A stretch of DNA of 64,000 nt from Octopus sinensis (lineage: Eukaryota), in NCBI RefSeq assembly GCF_006345805.1, contig NC_043002.1, forward strand, positions 54,622,001-54,686,000. Reading direction: 5' to 3'. The notes beneath the pieces were generated by a model, which was not told the DNA's origin, did not search any database, and saw only the letters and a list, made by a program, of their open reading frames with translations. Every line of letters starts with the position of its first letter. Positions within the stretch are counted from its first letter, which is position 1. Below are positions 38,083-51,605 of the stretch, piece after piece. A program made the position numbers and the translations under genes.

Positions 38083-38605
38083 CTTCTTCTTCTTCTTCTT
38101 CTTCTTCTTCTTCTTCTTCTTCTTCTTCATTCAATCAGGACTCACGCCATTAGCCACAAAGAATAATCTCTAATTCGAGCCTACTCTAAGCTACTAAGAA
38201 TGCATGTGGCAACTTGAAGATCCACCCGCCACACGCGATAGACTGGCGGTTGCACGGGCGCGAAAGCTATGTTGTTATCCTTATTCCGTAAACAGTGGCT
38301 TTTAACGGCTGGAGAGCTTAACCATCCTGGAGTACAGAGGATTCGCAATCTAGACTAGGGTCTGAAAGTTTACCACACCATAGTGGGTTACACCATGGTT
38401 CCTCTGCTTTGTGGCAGAAGTAGGAAGAAAGAGAGAAAGTTGTGGTGAAAGAGTACAGCAGGTTTCACCCTCACCCCCGCCGGAGCCTCGTGGAGCTTAG
38501 GTGTTTTTGCTCAATAAACACTCGCAATGCCCGGTCTGGGAGTCGAAACCGCGTTTTTACGACCGCGAGTCCGCTGTCCTAACCACTGGGTCATTGCACC
38601 TCCAC
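38083..38605 (-). mobile_element. tRNA-derived SINE family 3 with (GAA)n tail
   Basis: Minus strand head gtggaggtgcaatgacccagtggttagg...ggtttcgactccc (A/B boxes), body of ~470 bp, (GAA)n tail at 38083-38128. Confidence 0.75.
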
Positions 38606-38864
38606 GTCAGTTGCTGTTGTGACTGAATTCTGCTGGTGGTGCTGTTAATGTCTGTGGTTACAGCTGTGGTGATGGTGTCGGCAGAAGTGGCGTTCTACAC
38701 TCCTTAGTAACCAACAAGTTTTCATTAAAAACGTGTGAATTTTAAGTGCAAGTCCGTCAACACAACGCAACACAGACTTCAAAAAAGACTATATGCATAT
38801 ATATAACACAGTTTTTTTAGCTGCATGTGTCTGTGTATGTGTGTGAGTGTGTTTCTGTATGGCT

Positions 38865-39222
38865 TTCAACGTGGCTGTATGGTAAGGAGCTTGCTTCCCA
38901 ACCTCATAGTTCCGGGTTCAGTCCCACTGCTTGACACCTTGGGCAAGTAACTTCTACTTTACCTTCGGGCTGACCAAAGACTTGTGAGTGGATTCGGTAG
39001 ACGGAAACTGAAAGAAGCCCATCGTATATATATTTGACAACCGATATTGGTGTGTTTACGTCCCTGTAACTTAGCGGTTAGGCAAAAGAGATCGATAGAA
39101 TAAGTACTAGGCTTACGAAGAATATTCCTTTGGTCGAGTTCTTCGACTAAAAAACCCCTTTAAGGCGGTGCTCCAACATGGTCACAATCAAATGACTGAA
39201 ACAAGTAAAAGAATAAAAGAAT
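38865..39222 (+). mobile_element. SINE family 1 copy lacking most of the central spacer
   Basis: Head gtggctgtatggtaag...gggttcagtccc, tail gactgaaacaagtaaaagaataaaaga. Confidence 0.8.
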
Positions 39223-41312
39223 ATAGACAATACAATACAGACTTCAAAAAAAAGACTTTCTCTTTGAACAGTTTGTGAAAGAACGTGCATGATTAACAAA
39301 TATTTTTACCGGCAGTGTAGTGACTGTTAACCTAGTTTCAATTATTGCTCTGCTTACTGTATCATTATGAATATTACGGCATATACTATTAGAAAACAAT
39401 ACTTTATTAAAACAAGAAGAAAAAAGAATCATTAGAAAATAATTAGCAGCTGTATCCGCTGGAAGTTCAGAGAGAACTATGAATATCTACAACATATATT
39501 TTTGCATTTCATTCTGGAGACTGTAATGCTTTTACATATTTAGAGCGTGGCAGATTGATATTATAAATGTTAATTACTAAAGTAATATTTGTGAATGAGA
39601 TCAAGTCAGTGGGTGGTGGAATCGATAGAGCGTTAGATAACAATTCTTTACGTGTTTTACAGTCTTCCATTCACATTCTGAAATCAAATGCCACCGGGAT
39701 TGACTTTTATATTCTTTCATATCGATCAAAAATGATATGGTACCACTGAGTAAAGTACCAATGGATATTAAATTCCCTATAGCTTCCGCTTCCAAATACG
39801 AGTTTTTTACGCTTGTATTTTAGAAATTAGTGGCAAAAATTAGCTCACGTTCTGCTCTGCAGCATAAGAATGGTAAATTCCTGGACGAATGAGATTCTGA
39901 TATCGTTACTCACTACTTGGGGATGGGATAACAGAACTGAAATAGTGTCAGACAAAATGCCCCCGTAGTCTATATTCGGCTTTAAAACTTCAGTCTTTCA
40001 TCCCCCTGGGATTACTTCAAATCGATTACACCTATTCCTCTATATATTGTTGTCCTGTACCAGTTAGAAATTTATATGACTGGATTCTCCGTCTATTTCG
40101 ATTAACAGTGTTCAGTTATTCGATCAATCGAACGTCTAACCTGTTTGATTATCGTGCAAATGGTTCAGTATATCATAGATACACGTTCCTTGAACATAAT
40201 TCTCATTCAGCGTCAGCGTGATAAGGCTGGTCTTTTGAATTATAGATACAATCCATCCTGCGGGAAGCTTTCACGGTTTCCATTTGTTCAGTTTCATGCA
40301 CAAAGCTTGAATGCACGTAATCATGAGATCTTTGGTTCGATCTCACTGCATGGAAGTGCAATCGAACTTGCCAATAACTTTCATTCTCTACACCGCCTGT
40401 CTCTCTATGATTACGAAATAAACTTCTTAATCACTCATCCGTGCATATGTTCGCAAAAACCGATATAGAAACTAATTGTAGGACTATGAAGTGGCACAAA
40501 CGGTTGAGAGTCGGAAAAAATATATTATAATATTTAGTTGTGTCAAGGCAGCGAGCTGGCAGAATCGCTAGTATGCCGGGCAAAATGTTTAGCGGCATTT
40601 CTTCTTTCTTTACAGAAGAAGGTGTTGGTGGAAGAAGAGGAGAAGGAGGTCGTGAAAATAATTTCAAGCTTTATCCCCGTGTTAAAGCCTTCTGATATTT
40701 CTAAGAACAGTCAATGTAAATGCTTGTTGGTCTTTCCATTCAAATCATGTAGAGAGAAGAGGAGAGAGAGAGAGTAAAGGGGAGTTACAAAGAGAGTTAA
40801 CGCAACATGTGCAGAATGAGAATGAGTGCACACTAGGCTTTGTGACAGGCAATGAGTAACGAAACGCTAAACAAACACACGCTCAGTGAGAAAGAAAGAG
40901 CCATAGACACAGCAGGAGGAAAAGAGAGAGAAGAGGAGACATTTCTTATAAACAAAACACGGAAGATACATGTAAAAATAGCTGCAAATTGGAAATTCAT
41001 TTCAAAACTCCTCTTTCGTAAATAGGTATATAATATTTTTGTTTACATTTTGAAATTGTATGTATGCCACATTTCCTGATATTATCCAAGGTGGCAAAAG
41101 TATACTTCCAAAGTTACCCGTCATATAACAGACAAAATACTATTATAATTAATATGCAATATAGAATGTTCGTAATCGACCCATTGGCACTGGTGAGATT
41201 TGAACCAAGAATATAACTGGTCGTCACTAAACATGGCAAGGCACTTTATTCGATACTCCAGTGACTTTATTAGTACGGTAAATGTGAAGAACGATTAAAA
41301 TAGCTTTAACAC

Positions 41313-41535
41313 AACTGGAGATATTGTTAGCACGCCGGGCGAAATGCGTAGCCGTATTTCGTCTGCCGCTACGTTCTGAGTTCAAATTCCGCCGAGGTTG
41401 ACTTTGCCTTTCATCCTTTCGGGGTCGATAAATTAAGTACCAGTTACGCACTGGGTTCGATGTAATCGACTTAATCCGTTTGTCTGTCCTTGTTTGTCCC
41501 CTCTGTGTTTAGCCCCTTGTGGGTAGTAAAGAAAT
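41313..41535 (+). mobile_element. SINE family 2, young subfamily
   Basis: Five differences by my count over ~210 bp versus 51965-52187; an older-subfamily copy follows at ~41553-41760. Confidence 0.9.
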
Positions 41536-43689
41536 ATATATATATTTAATTAAGGCGGTGAGCTGGCAGAATCGTTAGCACGTCTTAATATTATAAGTTG
41601 AAATTCCACTGAGAGTGAATTTGCCTTTCATCCTTTCGGGGTTGAAAAAAATAGTTACCAGTTGAGCTCTGGTGTTGATAAAATAAGTACCAGTTGAGCA
41701 CTGGGATCGATGTTATCGACTTTCCCTCTACCGCAAGATTGCTGGCCTTATGCAAATGTTGAATGCAATATATGTATTTAATTACTATTTGTCATGTAAA
41801 GTATGGTTCGAATTAGTCAATTTAGAAATTTAAAAAGTGCCTAATAAAGCAAGTTTGCAATTACATTCAAGCAATTTTTTTTTACATTAACACAAAACCA
41901 GAATTAGAGGGAGTATACTGTCAATAAAATTGTGCTGAGTAGAGTGCATTTCTGACAATTATTTTACCTTCCTGACTTCGATAAAAATTAATCTTACAAG
42001 ATAATGGGACTTAATTAAATATCACAATACTTTTTACCTGATGCTCTACTAGTTCTGTATATTACTTTTAATAATTATAAGTCAACAAAATTATATTCTC
42101 ATGTGGAAGTAAAGGTAATGGAGATACACACAAAACGTTACAAACCATTTCAGATTTCACATTTAGAATTTTAGCTTTAATTAAACATTAATTAAACATT
42201 ATGAATGGACCTCTTTTAAAATATTCATTTAGCTACAAAGCGACTTACAAGAGTAGTTAATTATTGGTCTAGCATTTTGGCACTATTCCAGCAAGTTGGG
42301 AGTGCGGAGTGGAGAAGTCAATTACATCGACCCAGTATTCAACTGGTACTTATTTCATCAACACCGTAAAGATAAAAGGCAACGTTGACCTCGGCGGAAT
42401 TTGAACTCGGAACTTAAGGACAGACTAAATGCTGCTAAGCAGGGGCATGTGCTTCTCGGATCTCACAGTCTTAGTGTAGTTTATAACTATTAAAGTAACA
42501 AAATATAAAAAAAAACCTTCGCCAAAATACAGAATTATTTAAAGATTCTGTAAACCCGGAACCAAATTCCGAAAAAGAGACCCTAGAGAAAAATGTTGAA
42601 ATGTCTAAAGAAAAAAATCTGTTTAAATATTGAGGTGAAATGTTTGGTCTGTTGCCTGTAGGTATATTAGGGAAGAGCTTATCACAGTTTCTAAGACATA
42701 TAACTGACCGAAAGCGTAAGATTCTTCACTAAACGAGTTACTCGTACGTCATGTATTTCTTCGTAAATATTAAGTGCTTTTTCTCGGACGAAAGTTGTCG
42801 AGTAATGTTAGATAAGGGAGGAAACTTTGACAAGGGAAATAACTCTTCTGTCAGTCTACGATTAAATTGTACAATTATTAATGAGTCTATTAATTGAGTG
42901 TAAACATTACCTTTTTGTCCTTTGTTCTTTTTTCTAATTGTGTTTTCTTTATCCTTTCAAGTTTGTCTTTTGTGTAACATTGTTGTTCATGTAACGGAGA
43001 TAATCAATATTGTAGACTATGTGACTCACTGATAAAAAAAAAACTGTCGGCTTGTTAATTGAGCTACTTGTTTTCCACGAGAGAAGTTTTCGGTTAAAAA
43101 TCTATCATTTAAAAGTTTAACTTTATTTACGAACGGAAATGATTAACATCCCACGACATACTTGACTATTGCTTTGTTGAGGTTTCTCGTGTCAACGAAA
43201 CAGTCTCTACGTGGTCGCTCGACTTGTAATTAGTAAGCGAAATCTCCTGGATCTGTTGAAAATTTAAAGCTTTCCGCGGGTGTAGCCAAACAGAAATGAT
43301 CCATTTTTCCTTACCGTGGTGCAGTATTTCTGAATAACATATGAAAAGAAAAGAAAAACGGGATCACACAGCTTGATGATTACTACATGGATTCACTGAA
43401 GCATGTCACGCTCTGCTTAATTTTGACTGGACGGCGGTGGTAGTGATTGTTCCGCCTGATTAAGATCCTATGATCAAAGACATTCCAATCACGACAATCC
43501 CTTCTTTTGTCCCGAGTTATAGTGCACCCTAGACTTCCTTATCCAATGTTCTTTAAAAGAAAGATAAGTTAGGGTTTGATTTGAGAGAGATTTCTCATAT
43601 ACAATGTATATTATATATGGTTAATTACTATCGCTTAACAGACCCAACGGGGCACCAAGTCAACTAAGGGGTCTCTATAAAGAAAGAAA

Positions 43690-46015
43690 CTGTTAGAAAT
43701 AGCTGCGGGATGCGGAGTGCTGTGAAGGACTGATCACACCTGAGGAAGTGATAGAGGCTATGGCGGACTGCGGCGTGTGTAAGGCGCCGAGACTGGATGG
43801 TCTACCCTACGAGTTATATAGGAGAATGCCAGACTTGTGCAGGCACCTACTGGTGAATATTTATACGAACTGGCAGCAGAATGGGTGTATTCCCGGGTCT
43901 GTGCGCTGGGGAGTGCTGTCGCTAGTCAGAAAGGACCCGGACAAGGGGGATTCCATTGATAATTTTAGGCCATCACTCTGCTAAACACAGAGCTAAAGAT
44001 TTTGACCAAGGTGTTAGCAAAAAGGTTGGTACGTATCGCGGATGGTTTGGTCGGGGAGGCACAGACATGTGCCATTCCCGGCAGAACCATTCAGGATAAT
44101 TTCCATCTTCTACGCTACACCTTTAATGGATTTAATAGTAAACCTGGCAAGGGTGGGGCTATGATCCATTTAGACCAAGCAAAGCTTTCAATAAGGTTGA
44201 CCATCGTTATCTGGTGTCGGTTCTCGCGCAGCTCGGCCTGGGTCTTGGCTTCCTTAGGTGGATCATATCCATATATGACAACATCGACTCGATTGTTCAG
44301 GTGAACGGTTTTCTGTCAAAGCCGTTCTGTATCCAACGCTCGGTTCGCCAAGTGTGTCCATGTGCTCGCTTTTGTATGTGCTGGCTCTTGAGCCATTGCT
44401 GCGGAAGTTGAATGGCATCTCGAGGGAGCCAAGTTGTGGGAAAGTCGGTTTCATCATACGTGGACGACATCACCATCATCGCGACCGAAATGAAACACCT
44501 ACTGAGGGTAGGCGAGGCCATTAAGAATTACGAGGCGGTGGCAGGAGCAAAGATTAATCGTGAAAAGTCAGTCGGCTTGCAGCTCGACACCTGGAGAGGC
44601 AAGTCGTTGCCTCCTTACAGCGTCGAGGGACGTTGGACGGAGGGTCCGATTAAGTTGTTAGGAGTTTGATTTAGTCCGGACCTCCAAATAGAGAAGAACT
44701 GGGCTGAGGTACTGAGCAGGGTGGCCCATGTAGACAAGACCTGGTCTTGGAGTGGGCTATCCTTGAAAAGGAGGGCGGAGGTGGCCAATGTGTTTACGCA
44801 TCGGTCATCATTTACCCCCTAACCGTCGTTCCTTGCCCTGATTCGTGGTTAATCAAGCTGGAAAGACAGCTCTTCCACTTCTTGTGGAGGAGCTCGAAAC
44901 CACTTGTGAAACGCTCTATTTGCTGCCAAGAACCGTTAAAGTGTGTATTAGGGATGCCTTGGCTGTTGATGCGCAGACATACGCTGAGGTTGATGCATCT
45001 GTGGCTCTACCTGGATGCTGAACGGGTGTGGTCTCCGCTTGCGAAACAGATGTTTCCCAAGTTCACTAATTTCGGTGGACGTGGTACTATCGTAGATCGA
45101 AGTTGGGTATATGGTTTACGGAGTACCGTAAGGCTTTCCTGCTATTCCGCCGCTCGGGTAATGCCAGCGGTGGTGGTTCAATTGCACCTTTCTATAGAGG
45201 GTTGGTAGAGTCGGAATGTGATGATACCTTAAGGGAAATCCTAGGTCTCGATGTTCTTACTTACATTCGGGCCGAAGATCCTGGATAACTTTCAGAAGTC
45301 TCTGGTTTGACAGTGTTACCGAGGAGCCTTTCCCGTTCGAGATAAGCTCACAAGACACGGTTGTCCCGACCCATCGACCTGTGCAAGATGAGGGCAGGAG
45401 AGGGAAACCGTCCTGTATGCTAATGTTCAGTGCTCGGATGTGTCGGACGTGTGGGCTTATGCTGAACAACTGTTGTCGAGTACAAGAAGAGTACAGCTGT
45501 CGTCTGAGTCAATTCTAAAACTTGACCCACCTGCTTCCTTATCGAAAGAAGGTAAGAATTATTTTCTCGTAGTAGTAGCAATTGCGTAAGAGGTGATATA
45601 GAAGACTAGAGTGAAAGGATTGAAGACAGGTAGCTTCATCTCTGGCCCTGCACCGGTGATTTTTTTTCACTTTTCACTTAAAAAGAAAAATAGGGCTACA
45701 GAGAAGATGCCTGTGTGCGAAAATGTTCACTCGTCCATGGATGAATGTAGCACGAAGGTTGCGAATGAATGTAACCATATGAATACCATAAAAGACTTAC
45801 CCTAAGTACCAGTTGCGAAACGGAGCTTGTGGGGTTCAAGCTGAATCCGTCTCCCCACTCCATTTGTACTGTATTAGGTCGTTGTCCTATCATCCGATTT
45901 TATATTTATTGTAATATTTAAACCCATTTTATATGTTGTTCTCATTCGTGTGTCTGACTCCAAATCATATTATGCTGTCCCCTCTATGTTGGCCCCTTGT
46001 GGGCAATAAAAAAAA
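43690..46015 (+). mobile_element. 5'-truncated Tx1/L1-clade LINE (RT, C-terminal Cys region, 3' UTR, AATAAA)
   Basis: KAPRLDGLPYELY, NFRP, KVLAKRL, QTCAIPGRTIQDN, HLDQ.KAF, SYVDDITII, KINREKSVGL, TWRGK; frameshifted; ends ggccccttgtgggcaataaaaaaa. Confidence 0.9.
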
Positions 46016-46574
46016 TCATTTAGCTCACTCCCGCCATCAAATCGACGTTGCTCCAACAGTTGCACGCTGTACCACATGCTAGGTTCAGGTATTGAAGTGA
46101 TCACAAAGCAACGTGAGATGAAGTGTTTTGCTCAAGAACACAACATACCACCCTCTTCAGAAATTAAAACCATCTCGCTATCGTGAGTGCAGCGCCCTTA
46201 CCACTTGGCAATAACGCCTTCTACACACACATAATAATGCATATTTAAAGTGCCTCCTCTCGACCCACTTTAGCTATGCTGTTGCATTATCCTAATGGTT
46301 ATAATTATAGTAATGAGTATTTCTATCACAGCTCTTCGTAAAGCCAGTGCTTACTTTCACATTCTGTAGTGTTAAGAATGACTCTCCTCCTACAGACTTT
46401 ATAAACCTTCGTAGTAGTACATTCTTTCTAGTTGTGTAAATAATTCTAATGTTGGTAAAAGGCTAGCAATTTTGGAGGGATCAAGGAATTCGATTACATC
46501 GACATCGGAAAGATAAATGACAAAGTCGAACTCAGCGGAAGTTAAGAAGTATAACACATCAAGAAGTATAACAC

Positions 46575-47976
46575 CTTATTGTAGGAGGAGGGAGAATTCT
46601 AAAGCTGACACCCGCGAAAGAAGTGACTGAGAATACAGAAAGGTAAACCATCACATATAGAACGTTGAATATAGCAACAAAGAAGGTAGAAATAGCAGCC
46701 GTAGAAGTGGTCGAGGAATGCTTAAAAGAGATAAAGGAGATAACCACGTTCTACACCAGAAGACGAAATTTTGGCGCGGTGGAGGCACACCTCGCCAATG
46801 AGAACGAAGCTAAGAAATACTCTACCGTAGCCTTGAAATCGGCGAAGTGGGCACTATTACCTACTTACTGTGGCAAACGTGCGGCCAGAGTAAGGATACG
46901 GAGAGTGCCCCCTGAAATTAACGAGTCATGGCTTGTGGCAGCTATCCTCTACAATACAGAAGATGACGCGGAAGTCCTGAAAATGTCGAAGACTGCGGAG
47001 GTCAATTGATGGGGATATGGGATAGAGGTAATGGTCCATATCAGCTTACCAGACCGCCAAAAGATTGTTGAAGAGCTCGTTTTACCAGACGAAACCAGAC
47101 TGAGAATTATAGTGGAAGGTAGACCTCCAATATGTTTTGCATGTGGAGTAAGGGTTCACATGAAAGCCAAGTGTCCCCAGAAACACGAACAGAAGGAGGC
47201 GGAGAAGGAGAGTTGGGAAGAAGAGATTGTAACAGCAGAGGAGGAAAAGGAGCTTACAGTGGTAGAAAGGAGGAGAAAAAACAGCGAATTTCCACCAAAA
47301 AACGAAAAGGAAGGTGGAAAAAAATAAGAACGAAAAAAGAAAACAATGAGGTATCAACTGGAGATCGAACGCAAAGACCAGAGCCTTCAACTAGTAAGGA
47401 GGAGGAAAGATGGAAGAAGAGACTAGAAAGTGAGAAAGAGGAACAAATAGAGATAGAAATACCAACAACAGAGGTAGAGAGTGAGATGATACAGCCGAGA
47501 AAGCCACCGAAAGGGAGATACGAAAGAGTTGTGGTTGCATACGAAAAGCGCGTGGATATAGAGAAAAGGATTGCAAAGATGAAAGGCGTTATAAGAATTA
47601 AGCTGGCCGAAAAGGATGGGAAACAATGAGAAAGCAGTGTTGCTGGAGATGAGAGAGCAGGAAGATTGAGAGAGATATTCGGAGACGGGATAGAAATAAC
47701 AGCATTACGATTTAGATACGACGAACTACAATCAGTGATAGATTTCAAGGAGTTAATAGAATTCATGGCGTGAACACGATACAAACTGGAAAAATAATTA
47801 TTGATGTAAAAACAGTAAAATGGAACTTTCTACTTTGGTGGGTAGGAAAGCCATTTCATTCTCAATTTTTTTTCATAATTCATTCGCTAATTATTTGTAT
47901 GTACCCAATGTTCTGTGTTGTCTGTCTCTTTGTGGTGTCCTTTCTAAATTCAGGCTTTATGCCTATAATAAAGAAA
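46575..47976 (+). mobile_element. ORF1-only retroelement A (zinc-knuckle ORF1, no ORF2)
   Basis: RNFGAVEAHL...LLPTYCGKR...RVPPEINESWLVAAIL...LRIIVEGRPPICFACGVRVHMKAKCP, Glu/Lys-rich tail, then short UTR and aataaagaaa. Confidence 0.75.
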
Positions 47977-49644
47977 CCCATTGTCAACTGAAACTTTTCT
48001 TTTAATAATTGGTACTAATGTTGAAATGGTGTTATTTAAACAATCTCTTCTTCCTGATTATCGGTTATATCAACATTTTATCTTAATTAAAATGCTCTTT
48101 CCAGTAATGCTCTATAATCACGCGACAAAACTGTCGAAATTTACAATGAGCAAGTTTATTTCTCAGCCTTCCTTGTTAGCTAAAAAGATACTTCTGAAAC
48201 GCAAATGAAGCATTGAAAATAAAATAAGTACCGATTGAGCACTGGGAGCGATGTAATCGACTTGTCTCTTCCCCTAAAATTGCAGGCTTTGGGCCAAAAT
48301 TTGAGAGAATTATTTACTTAGCTAAAGCAGTGAACTGGCAGAATTGTTAGAGCATCAGAAACAATACTTTGAGGTATTTCTTCCGACTCATTAGGTTCTG
48401 AGTTCAAATTCCGCTGAGATCGACTTTGTCATTTATCTTTCCGAGGTCGATGTAATCGAATTCCTTGATCCCTCCAAATTCCACTAATGCATTCGAGAGG
48501 TACCTTTTTTTATGTAACATCATAAATTATATAAACTTTTTTACTTTTCGTTTCTTCTTCAGCTTGATCCCAGCAGCGTCGGTAATTTCCTGGTGGCATC
48601 TATTTTGCGAGAAGCTGATGGTTCTAAGAACATATCCAGTCCATTGGTTTGTACGACAGCTATTTTAGCGAACCTTATCGAGGACAACTGCTACAAAAAG
48701 ACTACTGCACGTTGAAACCAGCTGCATTTTTTGCGTCGATAAATCAGTCGGAAAATATGTCATTGCTTTCAGCAGTTGGCTTTAAAGACCAGATTCATTC
48801 CAATCTGAATTGTGTTGTGAAAACAATTTTTTCGACTAACTGGACTTATATTTGTTTTTCAGATTTTAAACACACGACCCGAAGAGAGTTTTTGTCTACT
48901 AATTGCTTGGATAACCTCACTTAATTCGAAATACTGAAACTCGCTATATTAGACATGAGTGTTTGTATTAGTATGCAGAATAGTTTCCTTGAAGCATTTA
49001 CAGTCAGCCATTTGATATTCAGTTGATATGTTAATAATTTTATGTGAAACAGCATAACTAATATTCTAACAATTGAAAGTTTTAAAAAATACTTTCAATT
49101 TCGTTCTTACGTGGGTACTTCTACAACTACAGCGATTTCAGGAAGTCTCAAGTTCAAATGGTCATGAAATTTTTGTGAAAGCTGGAGTTGTACATTTTCC
49201 TGTTTAGTTATTTATAATTTTAACTGTTTCAAAACAGACTTTTGAGATTGATTGAATATGCAAAGACTAAAATAATTTTCGTTTCGCAAATAATTCTTAA
49301 ATATTGGTGACAATTGACTTTAGCTAATTTCGTTTAACACTTGTGTTTTTCTAAACCGAAGTTATTTGTAAAATGTATTTAGGCTCCCACTTTAGGCTGC
49401 AAACTAACCAGATGGTTTTGTTTTTAACGTGAGGTAGAACTTAGATACGTTGGGTTTTTATTTTTTTAAAATTCCCTATGTTATCTAAGTCTTCCACATC
49501 ACTCGCACAATATACTTGCAATGGATATGTGTAATACCCACTAAACCTTACTCAAATATCCAGGTCGCAGTATATGTATTGGACTTAATTATTTTGTATT
49601 TGCATGAATTTGATGCATCTATTTTTAATGCATTAAAAAGTTTG

Positions 49645-49714
<70 letters not shown>

Positions 49715-50381
49715 CAGTAAAGAGGTGTTTCAAAAATGCCAAAGAACAGGCATTCTAACTTTTGAAAACCAACTGATTTCCCCCATATTTTTTTTTAGCA
49801 ACAATAAAATTTTGTCGTGGTAGTCATTGTCTATTATATAAGATTTACAGTACTCATTGAGTGTATGTTCTGCAAAATGCTTCTTTGCAGTAAATTTATA
49901 ACATTTCGAAATGTACAATGAAGTGTTAATTAGGAAGCTACGAGTATTTAATACTAAAATATCGAGTCCAAGTGTGCTTAATTAGTAGATTTAGAACACA
50001 TATCAACACGCATAAATTGTGTTCTTTAACATAATTAGCTCTTCACTTCTCAAATTACATTAGTGTGACTGACTCTGTTGGTGCTAATTGCTCTTGAGAA
50101 AAGTATAGATATTACAATCCCACCCTCTAAAAGAAATCAGAACCATATCAATTACAATTTTCCAAATACGTGGTCACGTTTAAGATTGTTTTAAACTGTT
50201 GCTGGACTTAGCTCCACTATCCTTGCCTGATTTGGTACTTATCTTGGCACTGTTGCCAAAGGTGCTGAATCTGAAGTTGTTGAGCTCCTAAATTATATGA
50301 AGTTGGAGGTTCCTTTAAAAAGAAAAAAACTTTGCTAGACGGTCTTTAAGAGAAAATTAGCAGAACTTGTTACTGGAAGCT

Positions 50382-50475
50382 CGGCGAAAGTAAAGAATAC
50401 GTACACCCGGTGTTTAGGGGTTAGGGTTTTTGTTACGCCGAAAACGAGTGGTGTACGTATTCTTTACCACCGCCG
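50382..50475. repeat. 94-bp palindromic mini-element with internal TTAGGG units
   Basis: Perfect 18-bp IR gtaaagaatacgtacacc (50390-50407) / ggtgtacgtattctttac (50450-50467), outer cggcg/cgccg, ttaggg at 50414 and 50421. Confidence 0.7.
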
Positions 50476-50689
50476 AAGTCTCTGCTGTCTTGTAAGGCTC
50501 TAAGCTGAAAGTTTGTTTAGCTTATGCCTAAATCTGATTCCGATTACGTGGGCCAGAATTGTTAGGTGATGGAGACTGATTTCCAATTATTAATCACTGT
50601 TTACAGTTTGACATTATCCCAGATATTCTAAACTTCAAATTTAAGAACTACAGTCTTTCATCAACTTTTAATTTTTTGCAAATTTTATA

Positions 50690-51605
50690 AAATAAAGTAA
50701 TTTTATTTACTCTTTTTTTCTTTTCAATGCCTCATATACGGCTCCAGTTCTGTCAGTTCAATTACTGGTGGCAGTTCATTGAACTCCACCAACGCTCCGG
50801 GCGGGTCAATTCTATTCCCGCACATGTCTGTAAGTTTTTTATAGGTTTCCTTATCGACCACAATGGCCTTCACACTTTCTGGGTATACGTCACTGGGTAA
50901 TTTTACACTTATGATGTGTTTGAATTTCACAATTCTTTTTTCCACTTCCTTGTTTTTAGACTAAGTCACAAAGTTTCACTTGTTCTTCTCTCCTCGAGGT
51001 TTTCTCCTTTCTGCTTTTCTACCTCTCTTATTACTTTCCTTCTCCGAGTCTGAAACCTTCTTATGTCTCTACTGTAAACAGTTTCTCTCACCCTCTTGTA
51101 GTTATGCTCCTGAATCTTCCGCCAAATCACCTTGCTTCCTCCTTCTCTGACTCATTGTCGCACACCTTCTTGATTATTTTTCCACTTTCTTTCTCGTTGC
51201 ATCTTCCCTTTCCACCTCTTCTTTTTCTGGTTAGTCGGTGGTGGGCTCATTCTTCCGCTTCTCCTCCTTTTTTCTTCCAACTAGCGTGAATCCCTCTTCC
51301 TCCGCTATATTCTCTTCATTCTCCACCAGCACTGCCTGTTCCACATTTTCTTGCATCCCTCTCTGTTCTTCATGTGGCCCTTCTCACCTCGCCTTCATGT
51401 GGCCCTTCTCACCACATTCAAAACACACAGGCGGCCTGCCCTCCACCTTCATTCTTAGTACAAAGCCGTCAGGCAACACTATCTCCTCTGCTATTGTTTA
51501 AATCTTCCACTGTTGCCTGGATAGTGAGTTCTATCCCATAGCCCCAGTAGTCCAGCTTGTTTGTTCTAGTGACCTTCAATATTCTGGGCCCCGTCCTTCA
51601 ATCCA
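50690..51605 (-). mobile_element. ORF1 relic B
   Basis: YWGYGIELTIQ...EEIVLPDGFVLRMKVEGRPPVCFECGEKGHMKAR; a 20-bp duplication (51368-51387 / 51393-51412) breaks the knuckle. Confidence 0.75.
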
